A stretch of 64,000 bases of DNA from an uncultured Bacteroidales bacterium. GTDB taxonomy: Bacteria > Bacteroidota > Bacteroidia > Bacteroidales > JAGOPY01. The position numbers and the translations under genes were made by a program. The notes below the pieces were generated by a model. It saw only the letters and a list, made by a program, of their open reading frames with translations. It searched no databases and had not been told where the DNA came from. Below are positions 9,460 through 19,138 of this stretch, piece by piece. The DNA lies in assembly GCA_964447005.1 (NCBI GenBank), contig CAYUQP010000009.1, positions 38,752 to 102,751 on the forward strand, given 5' to 3'. Every line of letters starts with the position of its first letter. Position 1 is the stretch's first letter.

Positions 9460-10152
9460 ATGATTTCCAGGAACACAAAATTTGAAAAGCAAGAAAAAAG
9501 CCGCTTCATTTTATTGGAGATTGGCATGATCATCACCCTGATCCTGATCCTTTGCGCTTTTAACTGGAAAAGTTATGAGAAGAACAATTTCCAGGATTAT
9601 TACCGCACAGTCGACGACACCCCGGAGGAGCTGGCGCCGGTCACCGTGCAGAAAAGGCCGGAGCCACCGAAAATAAACAAGCCGGTGGTTGTTCACACCA
9701 TCAACATCGTGGATGACGACCTGCAGGTGGATGATGATTTCGTCATCGACGCGGAAATTGATCCGCTCGACACGATGCCGGTCTACATCCCGATGCCGGT
9801 ATTAAAGGGCGAAGAAGGATCGGAGGAAGAGGAGATCTTCACCGTGGTGGAATCGATGCCGCAATTTCCCGGAGGTGAAGCCGCGTTCTATGAATTCCTC
9901 AGGAAAAACGTCAAATACCCCGACATGGCAAAGGCAGCAGGAATCTCAGGCAAAGTTTACATCACCTTCGTAGTTGAAAAGAACGGCTCGATCACCGATG
10001 TGAGATTGTTGCGCGGTATTGGCGGTGGCTGCGACGAAGAAGCGCTCCGGGTCATCAGCAACATGCCTTCCTGGAAACCGGGACTGCAGCGGAACCACCC
10101 GGTGAGGGTCCAGTTTGTGGTGGATATCAAGTTTATTTTAGAGGGGATCTGA
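9460..10152 (+). CDS. tonB: TonB family energy transducer
   Basis: N-terminal TM helix and Pro/Glu-rich spacer. The C-terminal TonB domain is ESMPQFPGGEAAFYEFLRKNVKYP...GKVYITFVVEKNGSITDVRLLRG. Confidence 0.8.
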   Translation: MISRNTKFEKQEKSRFILLEIGMIITLILILCAFNWKSYEKNNFQDYYRTVDDTPEELAPVTVQKRPEPPKINKPVVVHTINIVDDDLQVDDDFVIDAEIDPLDTMPVYIPMPVLKGEEGSEEEEIFTVVESMPQFPGGEAAFYEFLRKNVKYPDMAKAAGISGKVYITFVVEKNGSITDVRLLRGIGGGCDEEALRVISNMPSWKPGLQRNHPVRVQFVVDIKFILEGI

Positions 10153-10326
10153 AAAAATGATGGACGTCTGGCTATTTCCCTTCCGCGTAGCGGATCAAGT
10201 GCTGTAGCTGAATGCGAGGGGATACGTTACATTTTTCCCTGCGCAGTCATTCAAATTCACCACATTAGGCACATAGGACACATAGAACTCACAATAGGTT
10301 AGAAACCAGTTGATTATTCGGAAACC

Positions 10327-11058
10327 CTATTTAACTTTTCTCTGGTACTTACCTTTCTTCTCCAGGAGTTTTAATTGTGCAGCAGGTTTTGGTTTAATTA
10401 TCGCCGGAGTAATAAATGATTTTTCCTTTCTTCCTGCCTGTGAATGATTGCTGTATGTTTCCCATTCCGGATAATAATCATCCGCCTGGTTACCCCAACA
10501 TTCCCAGTTATGACGTGATCCCCGGGCAAAAAGCTCAAGATAAGGGCCCCAACTGCATGCCTCAATTAAATCATATTGCTCATCCGGTTTCCTGCTATGC
10601 TCCCGTTTTTGTTTAACAATCATATTCTCCTGTGTTCGACCGGGTTTCAGCGTTCTCGCATTTCGGCCTTTCACTCCGAATAAGATCAATTCAGTCACAT
10701 TTCTGAAATAAAATCCAACGCCTCTTCTGTCAGGGCCGCCGTCTTTCCTGATCTTGTACCACACTAGATTTGTTTTGTAGGTAAATCCCCATGCTTTCAT
10801 CACCTCCAATCCCTCTTTAAGTAATGCATTCGGGACCCAGAGATAGAGATGGGCTGATTCTTCCAGCATTTCACTGACAGGGATCTGCTTGATCTCTTCA
10901 AGCGTCAGCGTTGAATATCTTGATAAGCGCTTATGTTCAGGCGCCATTTTACCGGTGCGGTTCTCAAATTGCCATGGCGGATCCGCCAGAATGGTTGCAA
11001 ATTTCCGCCCGGCTGCAAACCTTCTGAAATCCTCCGCTGCTGAAATATTAGCCTTCAT
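10327..11058 (-). CDS. MT-A70-family (beta-class) N6-adenine DNA methyltransferase
   Basis: ILADPPWQFENR carries the DPPW catalytic motif. NCBI-style MT-A70 length of 243 aa. AT-rich relative to its flanks. Overlaps the upstream ORF by 11 nt. Confidence 0.8.
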   Translation of the reverse strand: MKANISAAEDFRRFAAGRKFATILADPPWQFENRTGKMAPEHKRLSRYSTLTLEEIKQIPVSEMLEESAHLYLWVPNALLKEGLEVMKAWGFTYKTNLVWYKIRKDGGPDRRGVGFYFRNVTELILFGVKGRNARTLKPGRTQENMIVKQKREHSRKPDEQYDLIEACSWGPYLELFARGSRHNWECWGNQADDYYPEWETYSNHSQAGRKEKSFITPAIIKPKPAAQLKLLEKKGKYQRKVK

Positions 11059-11671
11059 AATCTGTCAGGAGTTTTGTTGTTATGCCAAAAACCAGTACAG
11101 GACATCCTCCATTTCGCCCGGCTTCAAGTCGAGGCAGTAGTTTCCCCATATGCGTTGTACTTGCCCCGTATTTTGGCATGATCTCAAGCTTTCTGAACAA
11201 GGGATCAAGCTCATTACTTCTGGTTACAAGTACACCAACACTGATCGCATCATATTCGAAAAAGGCACGAAAAGCATAAAGATCCCTGTCAAAGGTTTGA
11301 TCTTTACTATTCCATTCCAGGTCAAATGCCACACGTCCTTTCAGGTAATCGACCTTGTGAGAACCGTGATTAATTGTGCTCTTCAGTTCTTGGGCCTTAC
11401 CTTTAACCTCATAAACTTTCAGTTCCGCGGACAGATTCTTTTCATTCCATCCCATTGGCCGAAGAATTTCAGAAAGAATCTTTGGAATATGACTTTCACT
11501 ACCCCCTGCTTCTATAATGTCACTTAAGCTAAACCTGAATTTCCCCAGCGCTTCACAAATTTCCTTAAACTCTTCAGGAAACTCATTAGCTAAAATAGCT
11601 GCTGCATGTTTAAAATCATGAACTTCGTATAAACCTTTGATATCCAAAGGAATATAATCTGTATACGTCAT
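11048..11671 (-). CDS. Putative type II restriction endonuclease, partner of the MT-A70 methylase
   Basis: It sits immediately upstream of the methylase and is translationally coupled to it. It shares the methylase's AT-rich composition. The segment RVAFDLEWNSKDQTFDRDL...VGVLVTR resembles the acidic catalytic core of BamHI/BglII-fold enzymes. There is no other recognisable family. Confidence 0.4.
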   Translation of the reverse strand: MTYTDYIPLDIKGLYEVHDFKHAAAILANEFPEEFKEICEALGKFRFSLSDIIEAGGSESHIPKILSEILRPMGWNEKNLSAELKVYEVKGKAQELKSTINHGSHKVDYLKGRVAFDLEWNSKDQTFDRDLYAFRAFFEYDAISVGVLVTRSNELDPLFRKLEIMPKYGASTTHMGKLLPRLEAGRNGGCPVLVFGITTKLLTDYEG

Positions 11672-11773
11672 CTGAATAAATATTAAAGATCAAGCGAAAT
11701 TACGAAAATGCCCTGATTTCAGATTATGATACCGTCTGCTCAGGATGAATCTTCTTTTCTTTCCGTCCCACCC

Positions 11774-14530
11774 TTATGAGCACTTCGAATCCCCGCAAGC
11801 CGTACACGTCACGCAGCCTTCTTTGAAGATCAGCGTGTCCTTCTCACCGCAATTGGGGCATTTTTCCTTGGATTTCGTCCCGTCGGGAATGTAGCGCTTC
11901 AGGGCGCGGACCACGCCGTTCTTCCAGGTGTTGATGGATTCGGACTCAAACTGCAGGTTATCGATGAGATGCACGACAAACGGCAGCGGCATGCCATGGC
12001 GCAGAATGCCGGAGATGAGCTTGGCATAATTCCAGAACTCGGTGTTGAACTGGTACGACAGCCCTTCCATGGTCACCTTGTAGCCGTATTTGTTCGTGTA
12101 AATGAAATCGTAACGTGAATTTACGTCATCCAGCTTGTTTTTCACCACCTGGCCATTCTTCACCCAGGTAGGAATGAAAAATCCTTCCGCTTCTCCGGTG
12201 AAGATCTCGTACGGGCGGTTGTCCAGCAGACCGATCACGGCAACCCACTTGTCCCTGTCATTCTGGAAATGCAGCACTTCGGCGTCGAGCACGCGGGGAC
12301 GTTTCGGGGCGGAGGTTTCACGGAACTCAAGTTCATCGCTCTTTTCCGGCTCTTTCTTCTTTTCGTCCTTCAGCAACACGCCGGAACGGCTGCCGTCCCT
12401 GTAGATCGTCATCCCCTTGCAGCCGCTTTCCCAGGCGGTCATGTAGATCTGGCTGACCAGGTCTTCCGTGGTTTCGGCAGGTACGTTCACCGTCACGCTG
12501 ATGGAATGGTCCACCCATTTCTGGATGGCGCCCTGCATCTTCACTTTGCTCAGCCAGTCGATATCATTTGACGTAGCGCGGTAATAGGGCGATTTCTCGA
12601 TCAGGCCGTTCAGCTCGTCTTCGTGGTAGGCTTTCACCACTGCCGGATCATACCCGTTGATGACCAGCCATTCTTCGAATTTCGGGTGGAACACGTTGTA
12701 TTCTTCCCATGAGTCACCGACCTCATCCACGAAGTCGACCCTGACGTCCAGGTCGTTCGGGTTCACTTTCCTTCTCCTGCGGTAGGAAACCATGAACACC
12801 GGCTCGATACCCGAGGACGTACGGGTGCAGATGCTCACGCTGCCGGTCGGGGCGATGGTGAGCATGGCGATATTGCGGCGGCCGTAGGTGACCATGTCCT
12901 GGTACAGTTGTTCGTCAGCCTCTTTGATCCGGAGGATGAACGGGTTGTCTTTTTCCCGTTCGGCGCTGTATACCGGGAAAGGCCCGCGGTCTTTTGCCAG
13001 CTCGACGGATGAACGGCAGGCTTCCAGGGCCAGTGTCTTATGCACTTCCGTAGAAAAACCGATGGCTTCGTCAGAGCCGTAACGCAGTCCAAGCGCGGCC
13101 AGCATATCGCCTTCGGCGGTGATGCCGATGCCGGTGCGGCGTCCCTGGATGCACTTCTCGCGGATGTTCATCCAGAGGTTCTTCTCGATGGCTTTAATGT
13201 CTTCTTCTTCGGGGTCGGTCTCGATCTTTTCCAGGATACGGTCGATCTTTTCCAGTTCCAGGTCGATGATATCGTCCATGATTCGCAGGGCGTACCTGGC
13301 GTGCTGGGTGAACAGCCCTCCGTTGAAGGTTGCATGCTGCGTGAAGGGCTGATCCACGTAGCTGAAAAGGTTGATCGCGATCAGGCGGCAACTGTCGTAC
13401 GGGCAGAGCGGGATCTCGCCGCAGGGATTGGTGCTGACGGTGGCAAAGCCCAGGTCGGCATAACAATCGGGCACTGCTTCGCGCTTGATGGTATCCCAGA
13501 AAAGTACGCCCGGTTCAGCCGATCTCCATGCATTGTGGATGATCTTGTTCCACAGGTGCATGGCATCGATTTCCTTCTGAAACTTCGGCTCCGGTGAGTT
13601 GACCGGGAACTGCTGCACGTATGGTGTATTGTTTTTGACCGCGTTCATGAACTCATCGTCGATCTTGACCGACACGTTGGCGCCGGTTACTTTTCCCTGT
13701 TCGAGTTTGGCGTCGATGAACATTTCGGCGTCAGGGTGCTTCGAGGAGATTGAAAGCATGAGCGCTCCCCGGCGTCCATCCTGCGCCACCTCGCGGGTGG
13801 AATTGGAATATCGCTCCATGAACGGCACAATGCCGGTGGAAGTCAGGGCGCTGTTCTTCACCGGGCTGCCGGTGGGACGGATGTGCGACAGGTCGTGCCC
13901 GACGCCGCCGCGCCGTTTCATGAGCTGCACCTGCTCCTGGTCGATCTTCATGATCCCGCCGTAGGAGTCGGAGTTGCCCTTGTTGCCGATGACAAAACAA
14001 TTTGATAAAGAACTGATCTGGAAATTATTGCCAATGCCTGCCATGGGGCCTCCCTGGGGTACGATGTACCGGAAATCCTTTAACAGGAAGTAGATCTCCT
14101 CTTCGCTGAGCGGGTTCGGGTACTTGGTCTCCACCCGGGCAATCTCCTTTGCCAGCCGGCGGTGCATATCGTCGGGTGTCAGCTCGAACAACTGGTTGGC
14201 ACTGTTCTTCAGGGCATATTTATTGATCCACACATTGGCGGCCAGGGTATCGCCTTTGAAATATACGGTTGATGCCTTCTGGACGTCTTCGTATTGGTAT
14301 GGTTCCAATTTGGGGATATCGGTTTGACCCCGAACGGCGCCCGAATTTTGTTTTTCCATTTCCTCCACAGGTGGTCGTTGTCGGCGTTCCAGCATATCAT
14401 GGAAATAATCGCTGCCTTGCTGCTTTGCCTGTTCCAGATCCTGCTCCGTCTGCAAACTGTCGAAAAGGGTGTTTTCCAGTTCTTTCATCTCACCTGTTTT
14501 GATAAATATTCCTAAATGATTATCATTCAA
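11774..14530 (-). CDS. nrdJ: Class II (adenosylcobalamin-dependent) ribonucleotide reductase
   Basis: The hallmark STNPCGEIPL active-site motif. 918 aa. C-terminal Cys4 zinc ribbon CPNCGEKDTLIFKEGCVTCTACGDSKC. Confidence 0.9.
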   Translation of the reverse strand: MNDNHLGIFIKTGEMKELENTLFDSLQTEQDLEQAKQQGSDYFHDMLERRQRPPVEEMEKQNSGAVRGQTDIPKLEPYQYEDVQKASTVYFKGDTLAANVWINKYALKNSANQLFELTPDDMHRRLAKEIARVETKYPNPLSEEEIYFLLKDFRYIVPQGGPMAGIGNNFQISSLSNCFVIGNKGNSDSYGGIMKIDQEQVQLMKRRGGVGHDLSHIRPTGSPVKNSALTSTGIVPFMERYSNSTREVAQDGRRGALMLSISSKHPDAEMFIDAKLEQGKVTGANVSVKIDDEFMNAVKNNTPYVQQFPVNSPEPKFQKEIDAMHLWNKIIHNAWRSAEPGVLFWDTIKREAVPDCYADLGFATVSTNPCGEIPLCPYDSCRLIAINLFSYVDQPFTQHATFNGGLFTQHARYALRIMDDIIDLELEKIDRILEKIETDPEEEDIKAIEKNLWMNIREKCIQGRRTGIGITAEGDMLAALGLRYGSDEAIGFSTEVHKTLALEACRSSVELAKDRGPFPVYSAEREKDNPFILRIKEADEQLYQDMVTYGRRNIAMLTIAPTGSVSICTRTSSGIEPVFMVSYRRRRKVNPNDLDVRVDFVDEVGDSWEEYNVFHPKFEEWLVINGYDPAVVKAYHEDELNGLIEKSPYYRATSNDIDWLSKVKMQGAIQKWVDHSISVTVNVPAETTEDLVSQIYMTAWESGCKGMTIYRDGSRSGVLLKDEKKKEPEKSDELEFRETSAPKRPRVLDAEVLHFQNDRDKWVAVIGLLDNRPYEIFTGEAEGFFIPTWVKNGQVVKNKLDDVNSRYDFIYTNKYGYKVTMEGLSYQFNTEFWNYAKLISGILRHGMPLPFVVHLIDNLQFESESINTWKNGVVRALKRYIPDGTKSKEKCPNCGEKDTLIFKEGCVTCTACGDSKCS

Positions 14531-14833
14531 CGATTTCTATACTAAATTCGGGGGGAAATATCCTTTGGCTAAAATAGTATAGAAGGTAAGATTAAGGAAA
14601 TCAAATTATCAACATTAACACGTTGAAAATTTATAGGAGACTGATTTAAAATCAGATAGATCATGCCTTTTCAATTTTTCAACAATTATTGATAATTTTT
14701 TTGATAATTTTCACTCATGAAGGTGTGAAAAAACATCGTGCCAAACAATAGATTCTCAAGAAGATAGAAAGATGCAAGTGTTTCTTGAAATATAGTTTTC
14801 AACAGGTAATACAGGATAAAAAGATGGCTGTAT

Positions 14834-14885
14834 GAATCTAGAATCTAGAATCTATAATCTAGAATTTAAAATTTAAAATTTAGAA
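14834..14885. repeat. Tandem heptamers (aatctag)x4 followed by (aatttaa)x3
   Basis: Direct reading. It abuts the stop codon of the 14880..18227 gene. Confidence 0.7.
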
Positions 14886-17800
14886 ATCAAGGCTCAGGGA
14901 AAGGTAGAACACAGGCTCATAGATCTGCCGGTCTTCAACCCCCCAGGCCACATCCGCGCGCAGGAAATAGCCGAGGATTCGCGTCCGGGCGCCGAAACCA
15001 AAACCGCCGATCAGCGGTTCTTTCTGTTCCCTGACTTTTATAACAAGTGATCCGTCCTTTATATATCTGATATACAACGAATTGTTCTCTGCATACGGAT
15101 CTTTGCCGGCCCAGGCCACACCGACATCCCCGAATCCGACGAGCTGGAAATTGTTGAGAAAATCAGACCGGAGCGGCTGATCATACAGGTAACGGAAAAC
15201 GGGGAACCTCAGCTCTGAATTCAGCACCACCAGGTTGTTCCCGTTCCGGGCATTCTGGTAAAAGCCCCTGAGATTGGTCGCTATGGCCTGGTAGGCGTAA
15301 TTCATGGAGAAATCCACCGGCGTGGAAACAAGGAACTTGGGCGACAACCAGTTATCGACGCCCCCCAGGTAATAGATCAGCCGGTTCTTGCCGAAGGAGG
15401 TGCTGGCAGCCAGCCGGTTGGCCCAGATGAACGACCGGTGTATCCGCAGGTAATGCCTCACGTCCATACCAACCACCGTCATGTTCTTTACCTGCTCGCC
15501 AAGGATCTGAGTGTACTCCCCGAAAACCTTAAACCGGGTGCCTGTCATCAGGTTCAGCCCGATCTCCTTCGTGTCGTCATAGATCAGCTCTCCCTTGAGC
15601 CCGCCCCAGTATTCCTCTATGTTGGGCCGGACGAGCGAACTGTCATTGGTCGACAGGAAGACCATTCGCTGGTAACGGATATTCGCAGTGCCCCTGATGG
15701 CAAAAACCGGCGAGAACGGGTACTTCAGAATGTAATATAGCTGATAGGAACGAAAACGGTCCGCGTAAGGGAAATAACTGATATAATAACTCGTTTCGGA
15801 TGCCTGCCGCACCACCATGATCTCCTTGTCAAGACGTTTGCTCAGGTTGGCATAACTGAAAAGATACTCGATGTTGTTCAGCGACAGGGGTATCCTGAAA
15901 CCGCCGATGATCCGGTGGTTTTCCAGCAGGTCGGTCATGCCGACCTGGAAAAAGCCGTTCAGGCCCAGGTTGTTGATCCCATTATCGCCTCCCCCGCCAA
16001 AAGGCTGGTAGAAGAAATTCAGGGAGGTGAAGTCAAGCTGGGCTGCCGTCTGGTTGATGGAATACTCCACACGGTAGTTCAGTCGTTTCGGAATGACAAA
16101 AGCATTCTTGTCAACGGTCTCTTTCGGTGTGGTCTGCACTACCCCTCCCGTGGTATCTGTGCCTGAAGGGGTGACCACCAGCCCTTGTGGCTGTTCGAAG
16201 ACATAATTGTCGATATCGATCACAGGCTGCTTCTCAATGGTATCCTGCCCGACTTCCTCATAAAACACGTTCCTGAAACGCCGGGTGTACTCACCGTACG
16301 ATTTTACGATCTCCTGGGCTTTTTCTTCTTCTTTGACAACCTCCGCCTCCTTTACCAGGTCAGTCCTGAAAGAAGTCTGCCCGAGCGTAAGGGTGTCTTT
16401 CCGGCTGAAATCGTCCAGCTTAGGCGTCTGAAGCAGGTACCGGCCTTTGGAAAAAACAACCTGGGAAAGTGAAAGCGATTCCCGGTCAATATCGTGGCTG
16501 AGGATGCTCCGCGGGTAGTTGGTAACCGGGTAGGTCTCAGAAAAATACCGGTAGTGCACGGTCGTGTCGACGAAGCTGATGGTGCTGTCGAACCGGCCAT
16601 AGTAGCGGTTATAGATGCCGTTCTCGTCGCTCAGGTATGCAAACCGGCCGGGCTCGATCATCACCGGCTGCTGTTCATTCCCCATCGGCGTGGAGGTTAC
16701 CCTGCGAAGCTTCAGCCCTTTTCCGTCGTCGATCATATGGAACAGGTCGGTCTTGGCCGGCACTTCGACCGGGTGGTCTTCCAGTTCCATCCAGCGCAGT
16801 TTCTCGTCGGGACGGTTCGAGGCAAACAGGATGGCCCCGGTGCCTTCTCCCGTGAAAACCGGGTCCAGGTCGTCATAGATGTCGTTGGTCAGTTGCTGCT
16901 GCGAAGCGGCTGCAATATTATAAAGGTACAGGTCCGACTGCCCTTTCTGGACCGCGGAAAAGACCAGGTAACGGCCATCGGCAGAATAGGCAAAGTCGAT
17001 GATCTTCTCGAAGTTATACAGGATGACAAGGTTCTTTTCCCGTTCTTCCAGGTTATAAAAATAAAGGTGCACCTCCCCTCTTTTTTCGACGATCATGGTC
17101 AGCACCTTGCCGTTTGGACTCCAATTGACCAATGGGTATGTATAATCGATCTTCTCTTCGAGCCTGAACCCACCCCTCAGTACACTGAACTTTTTCCCGT
17201 TAGAAAGGTTCTTCATGAACACTTTATACCGTCCTTCGTCATTTTCGACATAAGCCGCGTATTTCCTGCCCGGGCTGAATTTGAACTGGCTGTAAACGCG
17301 TCCTTTTTTCGACCTTTTCAGGAAAACTTCGGACGGAAGGCTTCTCCCCTCTTCCTCAGCCTTGTAAATTTCAGTGAAATGGCTGATGCAATCTTTCACC
17401 AGCGTCTTATAAGAAATGCCGATCACGTAAAGGAAACCGTTATCAACGCTCCGGCTGATCTGGGTCATGGTCACGATATCGGTCAGGGCCTGCTGCCCGA
17501 ACTTATCGGCGACATACTTCCAAAGCATATGGCCGGCATAGAGCGCATCTTCGCCCATGAGCGTGTTCAGCTTCCGGTACCTTCCCGAGAGGATACCGTC
17601 TTTCACCCGGTTATCGGTCTCGGTGCTCCACTCTTCCGACAGGTAGGAGATCAGCCCGTTCTTGTACCATTCGGGAAGGGTGAACAGGGTGGTGTTTTTG
17701 ATCTGCGAGCCGACACTGGTCCCGTAAAATGCCTGGTTGACCAGTACGTTCGCGATGGCGGCCCTGATCTGTTTTTCAAAATCGCGGTGCTCCCCGTTGA

Positions 17801-18227
17801 AGTAAAGAAAAACCTTGCTGCCGATGATGTAGGTGATGCCGCCGGTATTATAGCGCTCTTCGCCCACCAGGCCGATATTGCTTTGCTTCAGGTCGGTGAG
17901 GTTATTATAGACCAGGAACTGGATCTTCTGCTCGAGCCCGGTCTGCAGCTTGCGTTCCATCAACGGGATCTGCATCTGGGCGTATTTTGCCGTGGCCACC
18001 GCTAGTTCCATGCCGTTCAGGTAAAAATACACGTCGAAATCCTCGAACTTGTAATACGTCCACATGAACTCCTTGTACTGGATCCGGTTTTTCCCGAAGC
18101 TCATCTGGCTGCCGTTATAAAACTGAGCAAAAACAGTTACATTGATCAATACCAATGTCAATATCAATGGCATTGACAGGGTTATTGACAGTGTTTTTAA
18201 TCTGTTCTTTTTCAGGCTTTTCATCAT
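14880..18227 (-). CDS. Outer-membrane protein with TolB-like beta-propeller (PD40) repeats and a C-terminal Omp85/BamA-like beta-barrel
   Basis: Signal/TM leader. Repeated Y..DG....F.....G..DLY propeller-like segments. The C-terminal NLRGF...NSELRFPVF...ends in a terminal F typical of Omp85 barrels. 1115 aa. Confidence 0.5.
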   Translation of the reverse strand: MMKSLKKNRLKTLSITLSMPLILTLVLINVTVFAQFYNGSQMSFGKNRIQYKEFMWTYYKFEDFDVYFYLNGMELAVATAKYAQMQIPLMERKLQTGLEQKIQFLVYNNLTDLKQSNIGLVGEERYNTGGITYIIGSKVFLYFNGEHRDFEKQIRAAIANVLVNQAFYGTSVGSQIKNTTLFTLPEWYKNGLISYLSEEWSTETDNRVKDGILSGRYRKLNTLMGEDALYAGHMLWKYVADKFGQQALTDIVTMTQISRSVDNGFLYVIGISYKTLVKDCISHFTEIYKAEEEGRSLPSEVFLKRSKKGRVYSQFKFSPGRKYAAYVENDEGRYKVFMKNLSNGKKFSVLRGGFRLEEKIDYTYPLVNWSPNGKVLTMIVEKRGEVHLYFYNLEEREKNLVILYNFEKIIDFAYSADGRYLVFSAVQKGQSDLYLYNIAAASQQQLTNDIYDDLDPVFTGEGTGAILFASNRPDEKLRWMELEDHPVEVPAKTDLFHMIDDGKGLKLRRVTSTPMGNEQQPVMIEPGRFAYLSDENGIYNRYYGRFDSTISFVDTTVHYRYFSETYPVTNYPRSILSHDIDRESLSLSQVVFSKGRYLLQTPKLDDFSRKDTLTLGQTSFRTDLVKEAEVVKEEEKAQEIVKSYGEYTRRFRNVFYEEVGQDTIEKQPVIDIDNYVFEQPQGLVVTPSGTDTTGGVVQTTPKETVDKNAFVIPKRLNYRVEYSINQTAAQLDFTSLNFFYQPFGGGGDNGINNLGLNGFFQVGMTDLLENHRIIGGFRIPLSLNNIEYLFSYANLSKRLDKEIMVVRQASETSYYISYFPYADRFRSYQLYYILKYPFSPVFAIRGTANIRYQRMVFLSTNDSSLVRPNIEEYWGGLKGELIYDDTKEIGLNLMTGTRFKVFGEYTQILGEQVKNMTVVGMDVRHYLRIHRSFIWANRLAASTSFGKNRLIYYLGGVDNWLSPKFLVSTPVDFSMNYAYQAIATNLRGFYQNARNGNNLVVLNSELRFPVFRYLYDQPLRSDFLNNFQLVGFGDVGVAWAGKDPYAENNSLYIRYIKDGSLVIKVREQKEPLIGGFGFGARTRILGYFLRADVAWGVEDRQIYEPVFYLSLSLDF

Positions 18228-18380
18228 TTAACAGACTCTCAGGAAAACAGAGCACTAAATTAAACTAAAAAATCATGGTTCTATTGCTCAATTGTTCAAT
18301 TGCTTAACTGTTATGCCCAATTTCCAGTTTCCAATTTCAAATTTCGAATATCTTTGCCCCTTAACTTTCAGGAACTGACT

Positions 18381-19019
18381 ATGCTCAACATACAACGCTT
18401 TTCCTTCAACCCTTTCCAGGTAAACACGTTTCTACTCTGGGATGAAACCAAAGAATGTGCCATCGTCGATGCCGGCTGCTACGGCCAGGCTGAGCAGGAT
18501 GAACTCACCGGCTTTATAAGTACGAACGGACTTAAACCGGTAAAGCTCATCAACACTCACTGCCATATTGACCATATCGCCGGGACTGCCTTTATCAGCC
18601 GCGAATACGGGCTTGACTTCGAAGCCCATGAAGGCGGGATAAAACTGCTGCGACATGCCGAGAAAGCAGGGTTTATCTACGGTTTCGAAAAACTGGAAAC
18701 AGTAGACCCGAAGGTTTTATTGAAGGAAGGGGATGTCGTCCGGTTTGGAACATCGGAGCTGGAAGTGATCTACACGCCCGGACATGCCGAAGGCAGCGTT
18801 TGCTTTATCAGCCATGCCGGCAAGTTCGTGATCACCGGGGATGTCCTGTTCCACCAGAGCATCGGCCGCAGCGACCTGCCCACCGGTAATTATGACCTGC
18901 TCATGAAATCGATCCGCGAGAAACTGCTCACACTCCCTCCCGACTACAAGGTCTACCCCGGCCACGGCCCGGAGACTACGATCGGTTACGAAAGCTACTC
19001 CAACCCGTTCCTGGTTTGA
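18381..19019 (+). CDS. MBL-fold metallo-hydrolase (glyoxalase II-like)
   Basis: HCHIDHIAG (HxHxDH) motif. Start taken at MLNIQRF (18381) rather than 18300. Confidence 0.8.
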   Translation: MLNIQRFSFNPFQVNTFLLWDETKECAIVDAGCYGQAEQDELTGFISTNGLKPVKLINTHCHIDHIAGTAFISREYGLDFEAHEGGIKLLRHAEKAGFIYGFEKLETVDPKVLLKEGDVVRFGTSELEVIYTPGHAEGSVCFISHAGKFVITGDVLFHQSIGRSDLPTGNYDLLMKSIREKLLTLPPDYKVYPGHGPETTIGYESYSNPFLV

Positions 19020-19023
19020 TTCT

Positions 19024-19138
19024 GGTTCCAGGTTCCAGGGTTCCAGGTTCCAGGTTCCAGGTTCCAGGTTTCTAATTTCTAATTTCTAATTTCCAACTGC
19101 TGACCGCCGACTGCCGACCAATGACTAATGACTAACGA
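19024..19138. repeat. Tandem heptamers (ggttcca)x7 and (atttcta)x3, then gaccaat/gactaat units running into the GT9 3' end
   Basis: Direct reading. The last about 20 codons of the GT9 gene (SLVISHWSAVGGQQLEIRN*) and its stop codon are encoded by these repeats. Confidence 0.7.

Noticed and set aside
12135-13597. Multiple 60-185-aa ORFs on both strands inside nrdJ
   Set aside because: All lie within the intact, motif-supported 918-aa nrdJ reading frame. They are typical shadow ORFs of GC-richer coding DNA.
14531-14879. Cobalamin riboswitch upstream of nrdJ
   Set aside because: No B12-box (GCCACTG) or other conserved riboswitch core was found on the coding strand.
16494-18005. 503-aa plus-strand ORF antisense to the large outer-membrane protein gene
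   Set aside because: A shadow ORF in the opposite strand of a well-supported long gene. Low-complexity, Arg/Gly/Val-rich translation.
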